59,671 bases of DNA from a virus (lineage: Duplodnaviria; Caudoviricetes): IMG/VR virus record IMGVR_UViG_3300032311_000698, positions 1 through 59,671 of that record; one strand, given 5' to 3'. Both the position numbers and the translations under genes were made by a program. Below the pieces are notes generated by a model. It was not told where the DNA came from, did not search any database, and saw nothing but the letters and a program-made list of their open reading frames with translations. Position 1 is the first letter of the stretch; every line of letters begins with the position of its first letter. Positions 39,801 through 49,627 of the stretch are shown here, one piece after another.

Positions 39801-42800
39801 GTTGACGAACAGAACAACCACATCAACGCAAACTATTCAGATGAGGATCTGACAGATCAAGATAAGGCCGACCTGAACGCCGAACTCGCAGCAGAGCAAC
39901 TCCCAACTGAAGAGCGCAACCGGATGTTGATTGAACTCTTCGGGGCGATTGAGTCGCAACAGACAAAAGCCCCAACAACGAAGGGCAAGAAAGCTACAAA
40001 GAATATTCCTGCTCAAGCTACTGCCCAACCCCCTATCCTCGGCGCAGCTATTGGGGCGAAGGAACCGATGTTTTCTCCAGACGAGTTCATCGATGACGAG
40101 ATGATCGGCCAAGAAGTTGCCTCTCTAACAAGGATCGCCACACTCGGATATCCAGTCCGGTTGGAGCGGAAGGCTCTTCATGGGATGCCCCAACGTGGGA
40201 CTTATCCAAAAGGATATCTTGTTGGAAAGTCGGACATGGTCGCTAGAAAAATTAGCGAGCTGTATCCAGTTCGTGTTGATAAAAACGCAGTCGAAGCGGA
40301 GACTATTGTTAGCAAAGAAAAAGTTTCGTTCTATGACCCCAAAGTCAAATCGGTTGTTCGCAGAACACCGAAGGCTTCTATTGATAAGAGCGGAGTGGGT
40401 ATCTTCAACAACGATCCCGTCTCCATGAAGCTGCTTCTAGACCGCCGAATTCCGGTTGTCATTCCAGACAGTTTTGTTTCGGTTCTCAACCCATCTTTCC
40501 GCACATATACATCCGGAGGAGTCCGCTTCTTGAACGACATCGTGATGACTAATCCGGAAACCGGAACCGGATTCGTGTCCGTTCTTACCAAAGAAGATCA
40601 AGTTATTTCTAGCGAGCCAAACTATAAGTACTACGCAAACTTGTCATCCTTTACTGCGCTGTTCAATCCAGAGATTACTAGCCGTTCCGTTCCCAACCTA
40701 AGAGGTGGGTCCGGCGAAGTTACTCTCGACGAAATTATTCAAGACGCAGATCAACTTGCTGCCGCTGCTTCTAGTGGCAGGCCGAATAGTGCCTATGGAG
40801 ATCCAGAGAAAGCCCGCGCTACTCTTCGCGTTATCGTGAAGCCAAGAAAGGGGACACTTGAAACAGAGTTCTTTGAAGCTGCTGTGCCAGCATTTAATAT
40901 GTCGGTACGCAAAGAGGCCATCATCCACGAACTCCGTCTTGGAATGGATAAATTCTCGGAACGCAAGTCCGGAGAAGCGACACCAACACTCAAGACAGAC
41001 AAAATCGCAGCCGCTATCGACGACTTGGTTTCACGAACCAAAGTCGATAAAGACATAGCGGCTCGAAATATTGCTGGTATATTTGGTTCGGACATTGATC
41101 CAGAGACTGAGCCAGATCTAGTACTGCAAAAGTTTATCGAGAATGAGGTGCTTGTCCGCCCTCCCTTTATGCCAACCTTCCGCGAGATCGGTGCTAAAGT
41201 TGGTAACGCATTTGCTGAACAACAACGTAGCCGCGATATCTTTTCTAGGAAAGCATTGTTCGAGACCACCGATCCGACCGATCTGGCGCAGATCCAAGAC
41301 GATACCGAACTCTTCGATCCAGAGGCCGAAGCGGCGGACAATACATTCATTGCTCCTACCACACCGTTCGAGGCTCCGGATTCGAGTTTGATTGGGAAGG
41401 CTCTGAAAGAAGCCACGTTCGATGCCGCCGATGCTCTGGACTCCGATCCAGAGATGCGTTCCCAGATTGACAGACTGCTTCGCCGGACTGTGTTCAAAGG
41501 CAACAGCGCAATCGACATCACCAAACTTAGTTCGACCGACGCGTTCGGGATGCTCGCATCTTGGATGTCTTCCGGAAACTATAACACCAATCCGGATGCA
41601 ATTAAATTCCAGCGCGATCTTCGTGACGGTGTTTATGTAAGCGGGGACAGGATGCGTCGAGTGATGAAGATGATGTACTTGAGTTCCAAGACTATCGAAG
41701 GCGATCCAACAAAGGATGTCGCCTATGTCGAATCCATTCGCGAGAACTTGGAGAGTTCGTTCGGTCGCTCCGTCTCTAGACAAGAGGCTTCCGACTATCT
41801 CAAATCAATTGGTAATGCTATTCAACCACTCTGGTCTCGCTCCTATGTTCGCGGAGAACAAATCGCTTACGCACGCCAACAGAACGATGCAGAGGTAGCC
41901 CTCCTTGGACTGAAGACCAACGATCCGGAGTCCGTCATTAAAGCACTCAAAACAATCGCCTCTTCCGAACCGGACGCGAACAAGCGTCTGCTCGCCAAAC
42001 TCCTCTTGGAGAATCAAGGATACATCAGACAGGTCGAGTTCACTCTGGATGAGTCGCCACTCCAATATGCTGGTGCTTACATGAAGGCGTCCAATGGATC
42101 GCCAATGATCTCTGTCAACTTGGACGGACACAACGGACGCGGTCTTGTTGATGTACTCCTCCATGAGTACACCCACGCATTTGTTAGCATCTCCGTTGCC
42201 AGCCCGAACGAGAACCTAAACGCTGCCCAACGCGGATCGCTTCAACGGATCAACGGTATCCTTGAGTTGGCTCGACGCTTCGCCGCTGACAACGGAATCA
42301 CAGATCCGACTCTGACCGACGGGCTCGAGAATGTTAATGAGTTCGTTACACATTTCTTTACCAGCACAGATTTCCAAGGATTCTTGAAAGCCCTGTTGCC
42401 TCCGGCGAAACAGCGTGGCTTCTTTGCCCGCATGGTTGATGCCGTGCTTGATATGTTTGGTCTCGGAAGGTCGAATCAATCGGACTACCAGAAAGCGTTT
42501 ACCGATATCGTTGACCTTACTAAAGAAGCCGTTCTCCGCGCTCCGATGACTCCGGCTGGTCTGATCAACCGTATCGCTGGCCCCGCATCCCGAACCCTGC
42601 AACAGGTTTCCGAAGCCGCTAAAGCGATCAATGATACAATTCGCCCGACTCAAGTTGCGGCTGAAGTTGAAACGACAGCGGTTGAAGCCGACATCGTTGC
42701 TGAACAGGAGACCGAAGCGATTGTGCAAGGGATTACGGAACAAGACATTGCTCCGTCCGTAAATAGCACGACTGCCGAAACATTGGCGAAAGTCAAGGAC

Positions 42801-45800
42801 ATGATCCGCATGGTTCGCCGAATGGTTCCTGCGGAATTTGAACTCGAAATCAGAACCGATTTGCCATACGCCGCCGCGTTCCAAGGCGGTAAGATCTTGC
42901 TCAATCCAAACGCGATGTCCGGTGTCGTAGCTGGTCTCGACGACGTCTCCGCTAGGGGAATAGTCGAAGGTATCATGACGGAGGAAGCCGCGCACGCCGC
43001 ATCCTACAACGCGCTCACACAGCAAGAGCTTGATAACTATGTCGCTACATTGAAGGAGTCTGACTTCGACGATGTCATCGATAGGTACTACCAGACAGAT
43101 GAACTGAAGGTCGCCGCCAAAGCACGGATCCGTTCTGAGGATCCGACCACCGCTGCACGCGAACGCGAAGGCTTGGCTGAAGAATTGCTCCGGATGCACT
43201 CACAGAAAGTGACACGTGGATTCACTACCGAAGAAGACTACATGTTCTGGCGTAGCAAGCCTTCGCTACTCAAGATCATTGGCCGCTACATGAAGGGATT
43301 CATTAACCGCTACATGGCTGGTAAGTCTGTCGCTACCATGAACGGTACGCAACGTGCAACGCTTCAGCGGATGATCACCGAAGTTCGTGCCATCAACGCT
43401 GGCTATCGCCTCACTCCGAACACGCTGGAGTTTGATGCGCGTAACCCACACGCGACAATGGCGCAGATTGCGACACAGTTTGGGGCTGTCATAACTGAGG
43501 AGCCTAAAACAACAAGAGGTCAGGTCTATCTCACATCAGCTCTTGAAGTGCTATATGCAGATAGTTCTCGCCTCCCAAAACCTAAAAGCAAAAAGTCAAT
43601 ATCATCTGTTGCTAACGAAATAGCAGCTGCTGCGCCAGAGTATTGGGGTCGAATCATAACAAGCCAAGACATTACTCCGGAGGAAGAAGTCATTATCGTC
43701 AACAACGGCGTCGAAGAGTTTATTGCAGCTTTCAACGATAGCGGGAAAAATGCGGCAGACTGGTATTCTACAGCCATTGAAATCGCTATGGAAGTGGCTT
43801 CAATTATCCATCCAGAACTTTCTGATCCAGCAGCGGCCCGCCGAGTCGCGGCATTCGCGCAAGCAGAAGATCCCGTTCAAGCTGCCCGACTAGCAATGAG
43901 GATGGCGTTGGCCATAACGTCCCAAAATATCAACGTAACCCAAAATGCAGGTTACGCAGAAGAGCAATTTGCTATCCTTAAACGAGATGGTAAATTCGAT
44001 TCAAAGAAAGAATATGGCGCTAAAGCAGCCGCGATCCGCAGCAATCTGGAATTGGCTAACATTCTCGTATCGAAGTATGGCTACAAAAGAGCAGAAGAAT
44101 TCATCCGCAAACAGTTTACCGTCAAGGATCTTGAAACTCAAGCGAGCGCAATTCGGAACAAAAAAGTCAGTATTGATGGCCTAAAAGAAGACGTGGTTAA
44201 TGGAGCCGCTATCTTCGGGCCGAAGATTGGTCAAGGGTTTCTTCAAAACTTGATGGCGAACTTTGATCCCGTCACTATTGACTTGTGGATGCGCCGCACA
44301 TGGGGTCGCTGGACGGGAGATGTTGTAGGAGATGGCGTGACCGACAAACGATTAGCGCGATTGATTGAAGCTGCGCGGGAGTCCGGTATCAAGTTACCTC
44401 CATCAGTCAATAAGCTCCGTGTTATCGAACGACAGGATGTATTGGCAAGTGGCAAACTTGGTCAACCTTACAGATCCGTATCCGATAAAACTCTGGAGTT
44501 ACTTGAGCAAGATGAAGACTTCCGAAGTGGTATCAATGAATTGTCGCGGCAGCTTGTCGGGGAATGGGAAAAAATGTTTAGTCTACTCAAGAAGCCTATT
44601 TCTTCTAATCTCTACAATAGAATCCTAAACGGAGAAGCGGACTACAAGACCGCTGTTAAAGAACAAAAAAGATTTGACGACAAACTAACCGTCATCCTCT
44701 TCAAACAGGAAAAAGCGAAAGCAGAGATCGGGAGAAAAAAAGCTGCGGAGAAAGGCGAAGAATTGCCGCCGTTTGAAAAAAATGTTGACGCATGGAGGAA
44801 GAGGAAATATGCTGAGGCCGGACGGAACATCCTGCTTGAAAACGAAAAAATCTCCAGCATCAAACCAGCGTGGGCTAATGCCGCATCATCCATCAAAACA
44901 AAACTTAACCCGATTGATGCCCCATCTCGGAAAGACAGGGAGGTTATCACTCGCGTTGTAAATTCAATTAGGGAAGAACTTAACAAGAGAGGATACCCCA
45001 CTACGAATGCAGATGTTCAAGCCGTTCTATGGTATCCAGAAAAAGACCTCTGGGCTAAACTAGCAGGCGAAGAAGAAAGCGAACTAAAACTATCTTATGA
45101 CGACGAATTCATTAAAATTGCCACGCAGCGTGGACTCGGACAGCAAGCTCGACAAGCCGCTGAAAACATCAGAGCCAATCGAGCCACACGAAATAACCAA
45201 AGGAATGTCCAGCCAGCAGATAGAAGACTTTCTGGACAGGCTGATGGCGTTACCAGACAGATCAGAGCAACCCAAATAGGATCCGAACAATATGGAGAAT
45301 CTACAGTTGGAGCAAGAACTCCCCTACAAAAGACCCCCGAAAGGGTGGGACCCGAAAACCGAAGCAGCCAAATTCAACGGCAAAATCTTCGGCCCAACGC
45401 TGAACCAAACCCCTTCGTTCAAGAAAGAGTCTCCTCCTACAACTCAAAGTACGGACTTGGAGAAGTAGTCCAAGGTCACTATGTTCCTTTGGATCAAGAG
45501 AGATCCAAAAAGATTGCGGCAATCTATGAAGCATTGCCTGTCTTTGATTCTGGAGAAGAGACACAACAAGCATACACAGCTCTTGCAAAAGAGATCCAGC
45601 AACAATGGGACTACGCCATTCAAGAAATGGGTATTTCATTCGAGCCATGGACTCAAGAAGGCCAACCATATAATAGTTCTCGCGAAATGGTTAGAGATGT
45701 TCGCGACAATAAACATCTTTGGTTCTTTACGGGAGGCGAGCCCCACCCTCTCCTCAACCAACCCGATGAAGATGGGCTTACTATTAACGACAAATTAAGA

Positions 45801-48800
45801 GCAATCCATGATTTGTTTGGGCACGCCGCAGAAGACTATCAATTTGGAGCGAGGGGGGAAGAGAACGCGTGGCTCAAACACAGTCAAATGTTCTCGTCAC
45901 TAGCTCAACTCGCACTCACTACTGAGACACGTGGTCAAAATTCATGGGTTAATTTTGGCCCGCAGAACTTTGGTCCTAATGGCGAGCGATTAGATATTGC
46001 CCCCGAAGACAGACCGTTCGCCTTACAAAAAGTTGGTTTGCTCCCACCAGAATTCTCTGAATGGAAATCACTTCTCAGAACTTCTCCCTCAATTATTGCT
46101 ACTCAGTTTGGAGCTGGCGGCGAAAGCGTAGCAAGTCAAGTCATCTCAATCCCAAGGAAATACGGAACTCCGATCGAGATTCATAAGATAAATTCTATTT
46201 ATGATGCAGACGGCAACCATGCTAATGACTTGTCTAAACTAATTTCTTCTGTGCGGGATAAGGCTTCTAAAGTAGATGGAAAAGTTTACGGTAAGAAATT
46301 CTTGGTAATTGTTGACGGAGACAGAAAAGAGATCTCTACGATATCCGCACTAAACAATTATCTCAGTGGAATTACTGGAGATGAAGGAGTCCGCGTCTTC
46401 AAGAATGGTAACAATCAAATTGCAATAAATTACGATTGGCAATACGATATGGCGTTACTGCCGGAAGAGCAGGCAGAAGCCAAAAAACAATTCCAAGACT
46501 TAACACAAAGCCGAACACTCGCTACCCAATTCGGCGCGGCTTCACAACTGCCCGTTGGATTCGATGCTGACACCATCGACTACAGCAACTTCCTTGAGTC
46601 GCTTGAGATGCCGATGATGGAGATCGGCACTTACCAGTCGCCAAAGGGAATGCTCGACAAGTTGCTCAAAGGCGAACTCGATCCAAGAATCCTGCGCCTT
46701 AAAAACCAGCGCGACTTCTTCAACAAGGCTACCTTTGATCTTGCCGAACGATACAAGACCAAGCTCGACGCGATCATCAAGAGGGACTTCGGTGGTATCG
46801 AGAACGCTCCAGTCGATCTTATCCAAGACGCAACTGGTTCGACAAAGGGACTCGCTCTTCCGGAAGATGTACTCACACAGATCGAAGATGACTTCAACTA
46901 CGATCTCGATGTCATCGATACCGACGACACGCTGACCGCAGAGGACAAGAGGATAGCACGCGGCATCGCCATGATGAATCGGGACAAGACAATTCTCGAT
47001 GCAGAGAAGACATTGGCCGACTCGATCCGTACCAGACGGGACGACGCACTCGGCCAGCTCGCCACTCAATCGCCAGATCTTGTTAAGCATATCGTCCAGC
47101 TCCGTACCTTAACCGACGAGATGTCGAAGAAGGTAGCGAGCCTGTACGGATTCCCACCAGAACTCAAAGCGAAGTTCGATAACCAGCTCGGCATCTATCT
47201 CACCAGAACATACAAGATGTTTGATGAGATCGGATTCGGCGAGAAGGTTCTCGACGATCCAGACTACGAAACTGTTCGTGACGCCGCGATTAACTTCTTC
47301 GAGAAGCAATTCATCGACAGCGAAGTTCGCCGCCGTATCTCTGGAGCGAACGGAGTTCCGCGAGCGCAAGCCGAAGCTGAAGCGAAGCGTGAGCTTGGAC
47401 TCAAGACGATGGGTGGCAGGACATATGGCCAGCTCATGATGGAAGAGTTTATCAACAGCTACGACAAGACTGGCAAGGCGATCTCTGCGACCAACATGAG
47501 CCGCCAGCTCAAGCCGTTGCTCGACAATGTCCAACTGAAGCGCGACCTTCCGAAAGAGATCCGCGATCTTCTTGGAGAGAAGGGAGCCGAAACCGGAGTG
47601 GATAACCTGATCCGTTCTCTCATCACTACTGGTTCGATGGCGGCGAACCAATCGTTCCTCAACAATGTCCGCGACATCGGTCGTGCCGGAGGATGGCTCA
47701 TCACCGCTACCGAACTCGCTGATGGCAAGAAGAAGGACTACGATACATTCGGTAAGTACAAGTCAATCAGAGAGTCAACAAGCTCAAGCTACGATCCGCT
47801 CGGCGAACTCTACGGCCCGCCGGAAATGGTTGACGCTTTCCGTAAGGTGTTCTCTCCAGACGGGATCCGGTTCAACCAGACCGCCGCGCAAGAGGTAGTC
47901 GGCAAGACGATCGGTGTTGCCGCCCGCCTGTCCGGCGCGGCGATGGCGGCGAAGACTCTCGGCTCGATTGGATTCTATGTCCGCAACGTTGTATCGAACG
48001 CCCTCTTCTTCGCTCCGGCCCAAGGCTTCGTGAACTTCAAGTCGATGGCGAAGAAGGCTTACGATGAAGTTTGGAGCAACGCGATTATCGATCCAGCAAA
48101 GATCGATTCCTACCGCACCAAGCTGATATCACTCGGAGTTATCGGTGATGATATCAATACCAGTATCATGACGGCGATGCTTCGCGGCGGCAACAGCGTG
48201 GACGATATCGAAACCAAACTCGGAGAGCTTATCGACACCGCGAAGAAGGGGGCAAAGCCCCTGCAATGGCTGTCGCAACGCGCTCAAGTTTTGTCCGGAT
48301 CGGTCGATGCATTCTACAAGATCGCTTACTATGAGAATGAACTTCGGGTCTTGAAGGAAGCCCGCGCCGTTGATACCGGAACATTGGCTTCGGCCTCTGA
48401 CTCACAGCTTGAGCGGATGGCTGCGGACAAAGTACTGGCTACCGCGCAGTCATCGTCGCAAGCACCACCTCTTGTGCAAGAAGTTACCAAGTCCGGTATC
48501 GGACTGCTGTTCGCTCCGTTCCTCCGGTTCAAGGTTGAGGTTCCCCGCATCGTCCTCAACACCTACAAGACGGCGATGGCGGAGATGAAGTCTAGCAATC
48601 CGGTCTTGAAACAACGCGGCATCACGCGCTTTGCTGGAATGACAGCGATGCTTTCGGGCGTCTCGGCCATCGTTCCAGCCGTCGCCAGCGCGCTCGCCGG
48701 AATCGGAGAAGACGAAGATGATGCGCTCCGCTCATCCGTTCCAGAGTACTTGAGGAACCACACCTTCTTCTACCGCCGCAAGGCTGATGGCCAACTCCAA

Positions 48801-49625
48801 TCGTGGGACTTCACATTCCTCAATCCGTTCTCGATCTTGGCCGACCCGACCATGCGTTCGATGGAGCAATTGTTCAGAGGCAATCCGGCAAAGGCGGCGG
48901 CGAAGTTTGTTGAGGTAGCGATCTTCGACCAGTACTTGGACGATCAGATCCTATCGTCCGCCGTTCAAAGCCTCCGCGATAACGAGAACCCATCGACCAA
49001 GAAGCCGATCTATGAGGAGAAGCTGGACAACGCTGGCATCGTGTTGCTGAAGTCGTTAGGGTTCCTGTTCAAGGAAGCGTACCAGCCTTCGGTCATGAAG
49101 CGTGCGATCGAGTCTTACCAAGCGGTCGGCGCGGACTACACAGAGTTTGACGATAGTCCGGCTGGCATCTTGATGAGAGAATTCTATCCTGTTAAACGCC
49201 ACGACATCGAACTCGACAAGCAACTCCGCAACTATCTGGCGGACACACGCGATGTATTCAATCGGGTTAGTGAGCGGAAGAACGCATTGTTCAGCAAGAA
49301 GGCGATGGAGAACGACGATGTCAAGGATGTCATCCAATCGGAGATCGAAGACAAAGCGAAGATCAACGAGGATGTCTACAAGAAACTGCGCGGCTTTGAA
49401 GGTCTCGGCCTCACGCCACAGCAACTCTATCAGATCACGACCGGAATGGGCTACGGCAAAGACCGCACCCGTCTGCTGTTCAACAAGATTATGGATCGTC
49501 CAGTTCTCAATCCAGAGTTCATCAAGCGGTTGTCCGATCCAGAGAACGAGCAGGGAGCAGAGCGTCTCAAGGCCGCACTTGAAGTCCTCCAAGGCACGCC
49601 ACGATACATCATGCTTGAGCCGTAA
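36840..49625 (+). CDS. Giant polyvalent internal virion/ejection protein (4261 aa)
   Basis: Gly/Ala hydrophobic segments near both ends; zincin HEYTH plus downstream E; degenerate EEAAH; glycosylase-like and HDLFGH modules; helical C-terminal region (APFLRF). Confidence 0.75.
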   Translation: MSAMSELDQLLKQDPDFLPLNDWKKDNDTGDEIKNRKNYADYVRGEYVSAGAYSDRIENEIQQSTFASSVSDGVIRADDQNAKALLFTPDEPDLDTKLQTIQTNLDTTDPAWDAATKYLTFKKLNPDDAALPEDVRAKGEQYLVDAQSIADTGYRKAVKSAVRSGELPLAKVKNDKGEYEILVSPTADAMNMAEAIRASKKGGVSFADASAVQSKLSTPIGFNEPIYKFERYTQAASMIEEYAKKDSHTSKIIQNYSEELAAADKDGRAPKSFDEYAGSIRFQLNKSGLIPEDDALSNEEVSKALTQIAYNNANAGGRFKLYDKPEEAYKNVRNVGFGMAFVHPAALVNDNLFSQSVTDNPNLSADQKKILEARREPALQQQFDSTNDLLSKSSKSDEWLNALQSGRVSGKKDTEILKEFVSNPDNFSEIQDRLVGVGKSIVDGVGEMAAAIPMMMGADWARDYMVGNIKERSNRREVARLFGAEYGVVQDIAESLAPMLADVAATGLLAAATAPAAGVGGAGFLAAKQGARLTAKGLLKGMTSSALRQLPTETAEAAAERLVAQGLIKASTTEAGLNGAQAAIKGFNSELAKTIGGTSAVALPAFNRSAGATYASVYATLENNKDLTPEEKHNRALGAGLMAGATTALITGAFGAFGRGGLEDALLSGASRKQIKNVVARLANVDDIPDDVFNKVISKQVSETLKKYGTFDAAKGVGKQIFKNSVDEGAEEALDQFVNNFITDAATDEDTPFLEKLEQAGRAALIGGIIGGGVPAIKAIKGAVMERPDIGVQIGVETEFARGVSNKLTESGSPLTAQTVYSILTAPRRARAPIAQAILDQSRQPAIADEVATEVDTEVEDIQTPTAEQITEALNNSTSPDTVAKTIVDERGQSQFAFVEDIPTTEVAKRGRTVRKPAGPTSPVAQQLEFDYTSKQDKKPQDQLDLGLDTSSPEKPKIKKTRTASSTKSIKKAKLAEQLGLDFDSASVDEQNNHINANYSDEDLTDQDKADLNAELAAEQLPTEERNRMLIELFGAIESQQTKAPTTKGKKATKNIPAQATAQPPILGAAIGAKEPMFSPDEFIDDEMIGQEVASLTRIATLGYPVRLERKALHGMPQRGTYPKGYLVGKSDMVARKISELYPVRVDKNAVEAETIVSKEKVSFYDPKVKSVVRRTPKASIDKSGVGIFNNDPVSMKLLLDRRIPVVIPDSFVSVLNPSFRTYTSGGVRFLNDIVMTNPETGTGFVSVLTKEDQVISSEPNYKYYANLSSFTALFNPEITSRSVPNLRGGSGEVTLDEIIQDADQLAAAASSGRPNSAYGDPEKARATLRVIVKPRKGTLETEFFEAAVPAFNMSVRKEAIIHELRLGMDKFSERKSGEATPTLKTDKIAAAIDDLVSRTKVDKDIAARNIAGIFGSDIDPETEPDLVLQKFIENEVLVRPPFMPTFREIGAKVGNAFAEQQRSRDIFSRKALFETTDPTDLAQIQDDTELFDPEAEAADNTFIAPTTPFEAPDSSLIGKALKEATFDAADALDSDPEMRSQIDRLLRRTVFKGNSAIDITKLSSTDAFGMLASWMSSGNYNTNPDAIKFQRDLRDGVYVSGDRMRRVMKMMYLSSKTIEGDPTKDVAYVESIRENLESSFGRSVSRQEASDYLKSIGNAIQPLWSRSYVRGEQIAYARQQNDAEVALLGLKTNDPESVIKALKTIASSEPDANKRLLAKLLLENQGYIRQVEFTLDESPLQYAGAYMKASNGSPMISVNLDGHNGRGLVDVLLHEYTHAFVSISVASPNENLNAAQRGSLQRINGILELARRFAADNGITDPTLTDGLENVNEFVTHFFTSTDFQGFLKALLPPAKQRGFFARMVDAVLDMFGLGRSNQSDYQKAFTDIVDLTKEAVLRAPMTPAGLINRIAGPASRTLQQVSEAAKAINDTIRPTQVAAEVETTAVEADIVAEQETEAIVQGITEQDIAPSVNSTTAETLAKVKDMIRMVRRMVPAEFELEIRTDLPYAAAFQGGKILLNPNAMSGVVAGLDDVSARGIVEGIMTEEAAHAASYNALTQQELDNYVATLKESDFDDVIDRYYQTDELKVAAKARIRSEDPTTAAREREGLAEELLRMHSQKVTRGFTTEEDYMFWRSKPSLLKIIGRYMKGFINRYMAGKSVATMNGTQRATLQRMITEVRAINAGYRLTPNTLEFDARNPHATMAQIATQFGAVITEEPKTTRGQVYLTSALEVLYADSSRLPKPKSKKSISSVANEIAAAAPEYWGRIITSQDITPEEEVIIVNNGVEEFIAAFNDSGKNAADWYSTAIEIAMEVASIIHPELSDPAAARRVAAFAQAEDPVQAARLAMRMALAITSQNINVTQNAGYAEEQFAILKRDGKFDSKKEYGAKAAAIRSNLELANILVSKYGYKRAEEFIRKQFTVKDLETQASAIRNKKVSIDGLKEDVVNGAAIFGPKIGQGFLQNLMANFDPVTIDLWMRRTWGRWTGDVVGDGVTDKRLARLIEAARESGIKLPPSVNKLRVIERQDVLASGKLGQPYRSVSDKTLELLEQDEDFRSGINELSRQLVGEWEKMFSLLKKPISSNLYNRILNGEADYKTAVKEQKRFDDKLTVILFKQEKAKAEIGRKKAAEKGEELPPFEKNVDAWRKRKYAEAGRNILLENEKISSIKPAWANAASSIKTKLNPIDAPSRKDREVITRVVNSIREELNKRGYPTTNADVQAVLWYPEKDLWAKLAGEEESELKLSYDDEFIKIATQRGLGQQARQAAENIRANRATRNNQRNVQPADRRLSGQADGVTRQIRATQIGSEQYGESTVGARTPLQKTPERVGPENRSSQIQRQNLRPNAEPNPFVQERVSSYNSKYGLGEVVQGHYVPLDQERSKKIAAIYEALPVFDSGEETQQAYTALAKEIQQQWDYAIQEMGISFEPWTQEGQPYNSSREMVRDVRDNKHLWFFTGGEPHPLLNQPDEDGLTINDKLRAIHDLFGHAAEDYQFGARGEENAWLKHSQMFSSLAQLALTTETRGQNSWVNFGPQNFGPNGERLDIAPEDRPFALQKVGLLPPEFSEWKSLLRTSPSIIATQFGAGGESVASQVISIPRKYGTPIEIHKINSIYDADGNHANDLSKLISSVRDKASKVDGKVYGKKFLVIVDGDRKEISTISALNNYLSGITGDEGVRVFKNGNNQIAINYDWQYDMALLPEEQAEAKKQFQDLTQSRTLATQFGAASQLPVGFDADTIDYSNFLESLEMPMMEIGTYQSPKGMLDKLLKGELDPRILRLKNQRDFFNKATFDLAERYKTKLDAIIKRDFGGIENAPVDLIQDATGSTKGLALPEDVLTQIEDDFNYDLDVIDTDDTLTAEDKRIARGIAMMNRDKTILDAEKTLADSIRTRRDDALGQLATQSPDLVKHIVQLRTLTDEMSKKVASLYGFPPELKAKFDNQLGIYLTRTYKMFDEIGFGEKVLDDPDYETVRDAAINFFEKQFIDSEVRRRISGANGVPRAQAEAEAKRELGLKTMGGRTYGQLMMEEFINSYDKTGKAISATNMSRQLKPLLDNVQLKRDLPKEIRDLLGEKGAETGVDNLIRSLITTGSMAANQSFLNNVRDIGRAGGWLITATELADGKKKDYDTFGKYKSIRESTSSSYDPLGELYGPPEMVDAFRKVFSPDGIRFNQTAAQEVVGKTIGVAARLSGAAMAAKTLGSIGFYVRNVVSNALFFAPAQGFVNFKSMAKKAYDEVWSNAIIDPAKIDSYRTKLISLGVIGDDINTSIMTAMLRGGNSVDDIETKLGELIDTAKKGAKPLQWLSQRAQVLSGSVDAFYKIAYYENELRVLKEARAVDTGTLASASDSQLERMAADKVLATAQSSSQAPPLVQEVTKSGIGLLFAPFLRFKVEVPRIVLNTYKTAMAEMKSSNPVLKQRGITRFAGMTAMLSGVSAIVPAVASALAGIGEDEDDALRSSVPEYLRNHTFFYRRKADGQLQSWDFTFLNPFSILADPTMRSMEQLFRGNPAKAAAKFVEVAIFDQYLDDQILSSAVQSLRDNENPSTKKPIYEEKLDNAGIVLLKSLGFLFKEAYQPSVMKRAIESYQAVGADYTEFDDSPAGILMREFYPVKRHDIELDKQLRNYLADTRDVFNRVSERKNALFSKKAMENDDVKDVIQSEIEDKAKINEDVYKKLRGFEGLGLTPQQLYQITTGMGYGKDRTRLLFNKIMDRPVLNPEFIKRLSDPENEQGAERLKAALEVLQGTPRYIMLEP

Positions 49626-49627
49626 GA

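Noticed and set aside
36840-49625. Giant protein as a virion RNA polymerase (N4- or crAss-like)
   Set aside because: No DxDGD/DFDID or T7-type polymerase motifs recognised; the genome uses host-type sigma70 promoters
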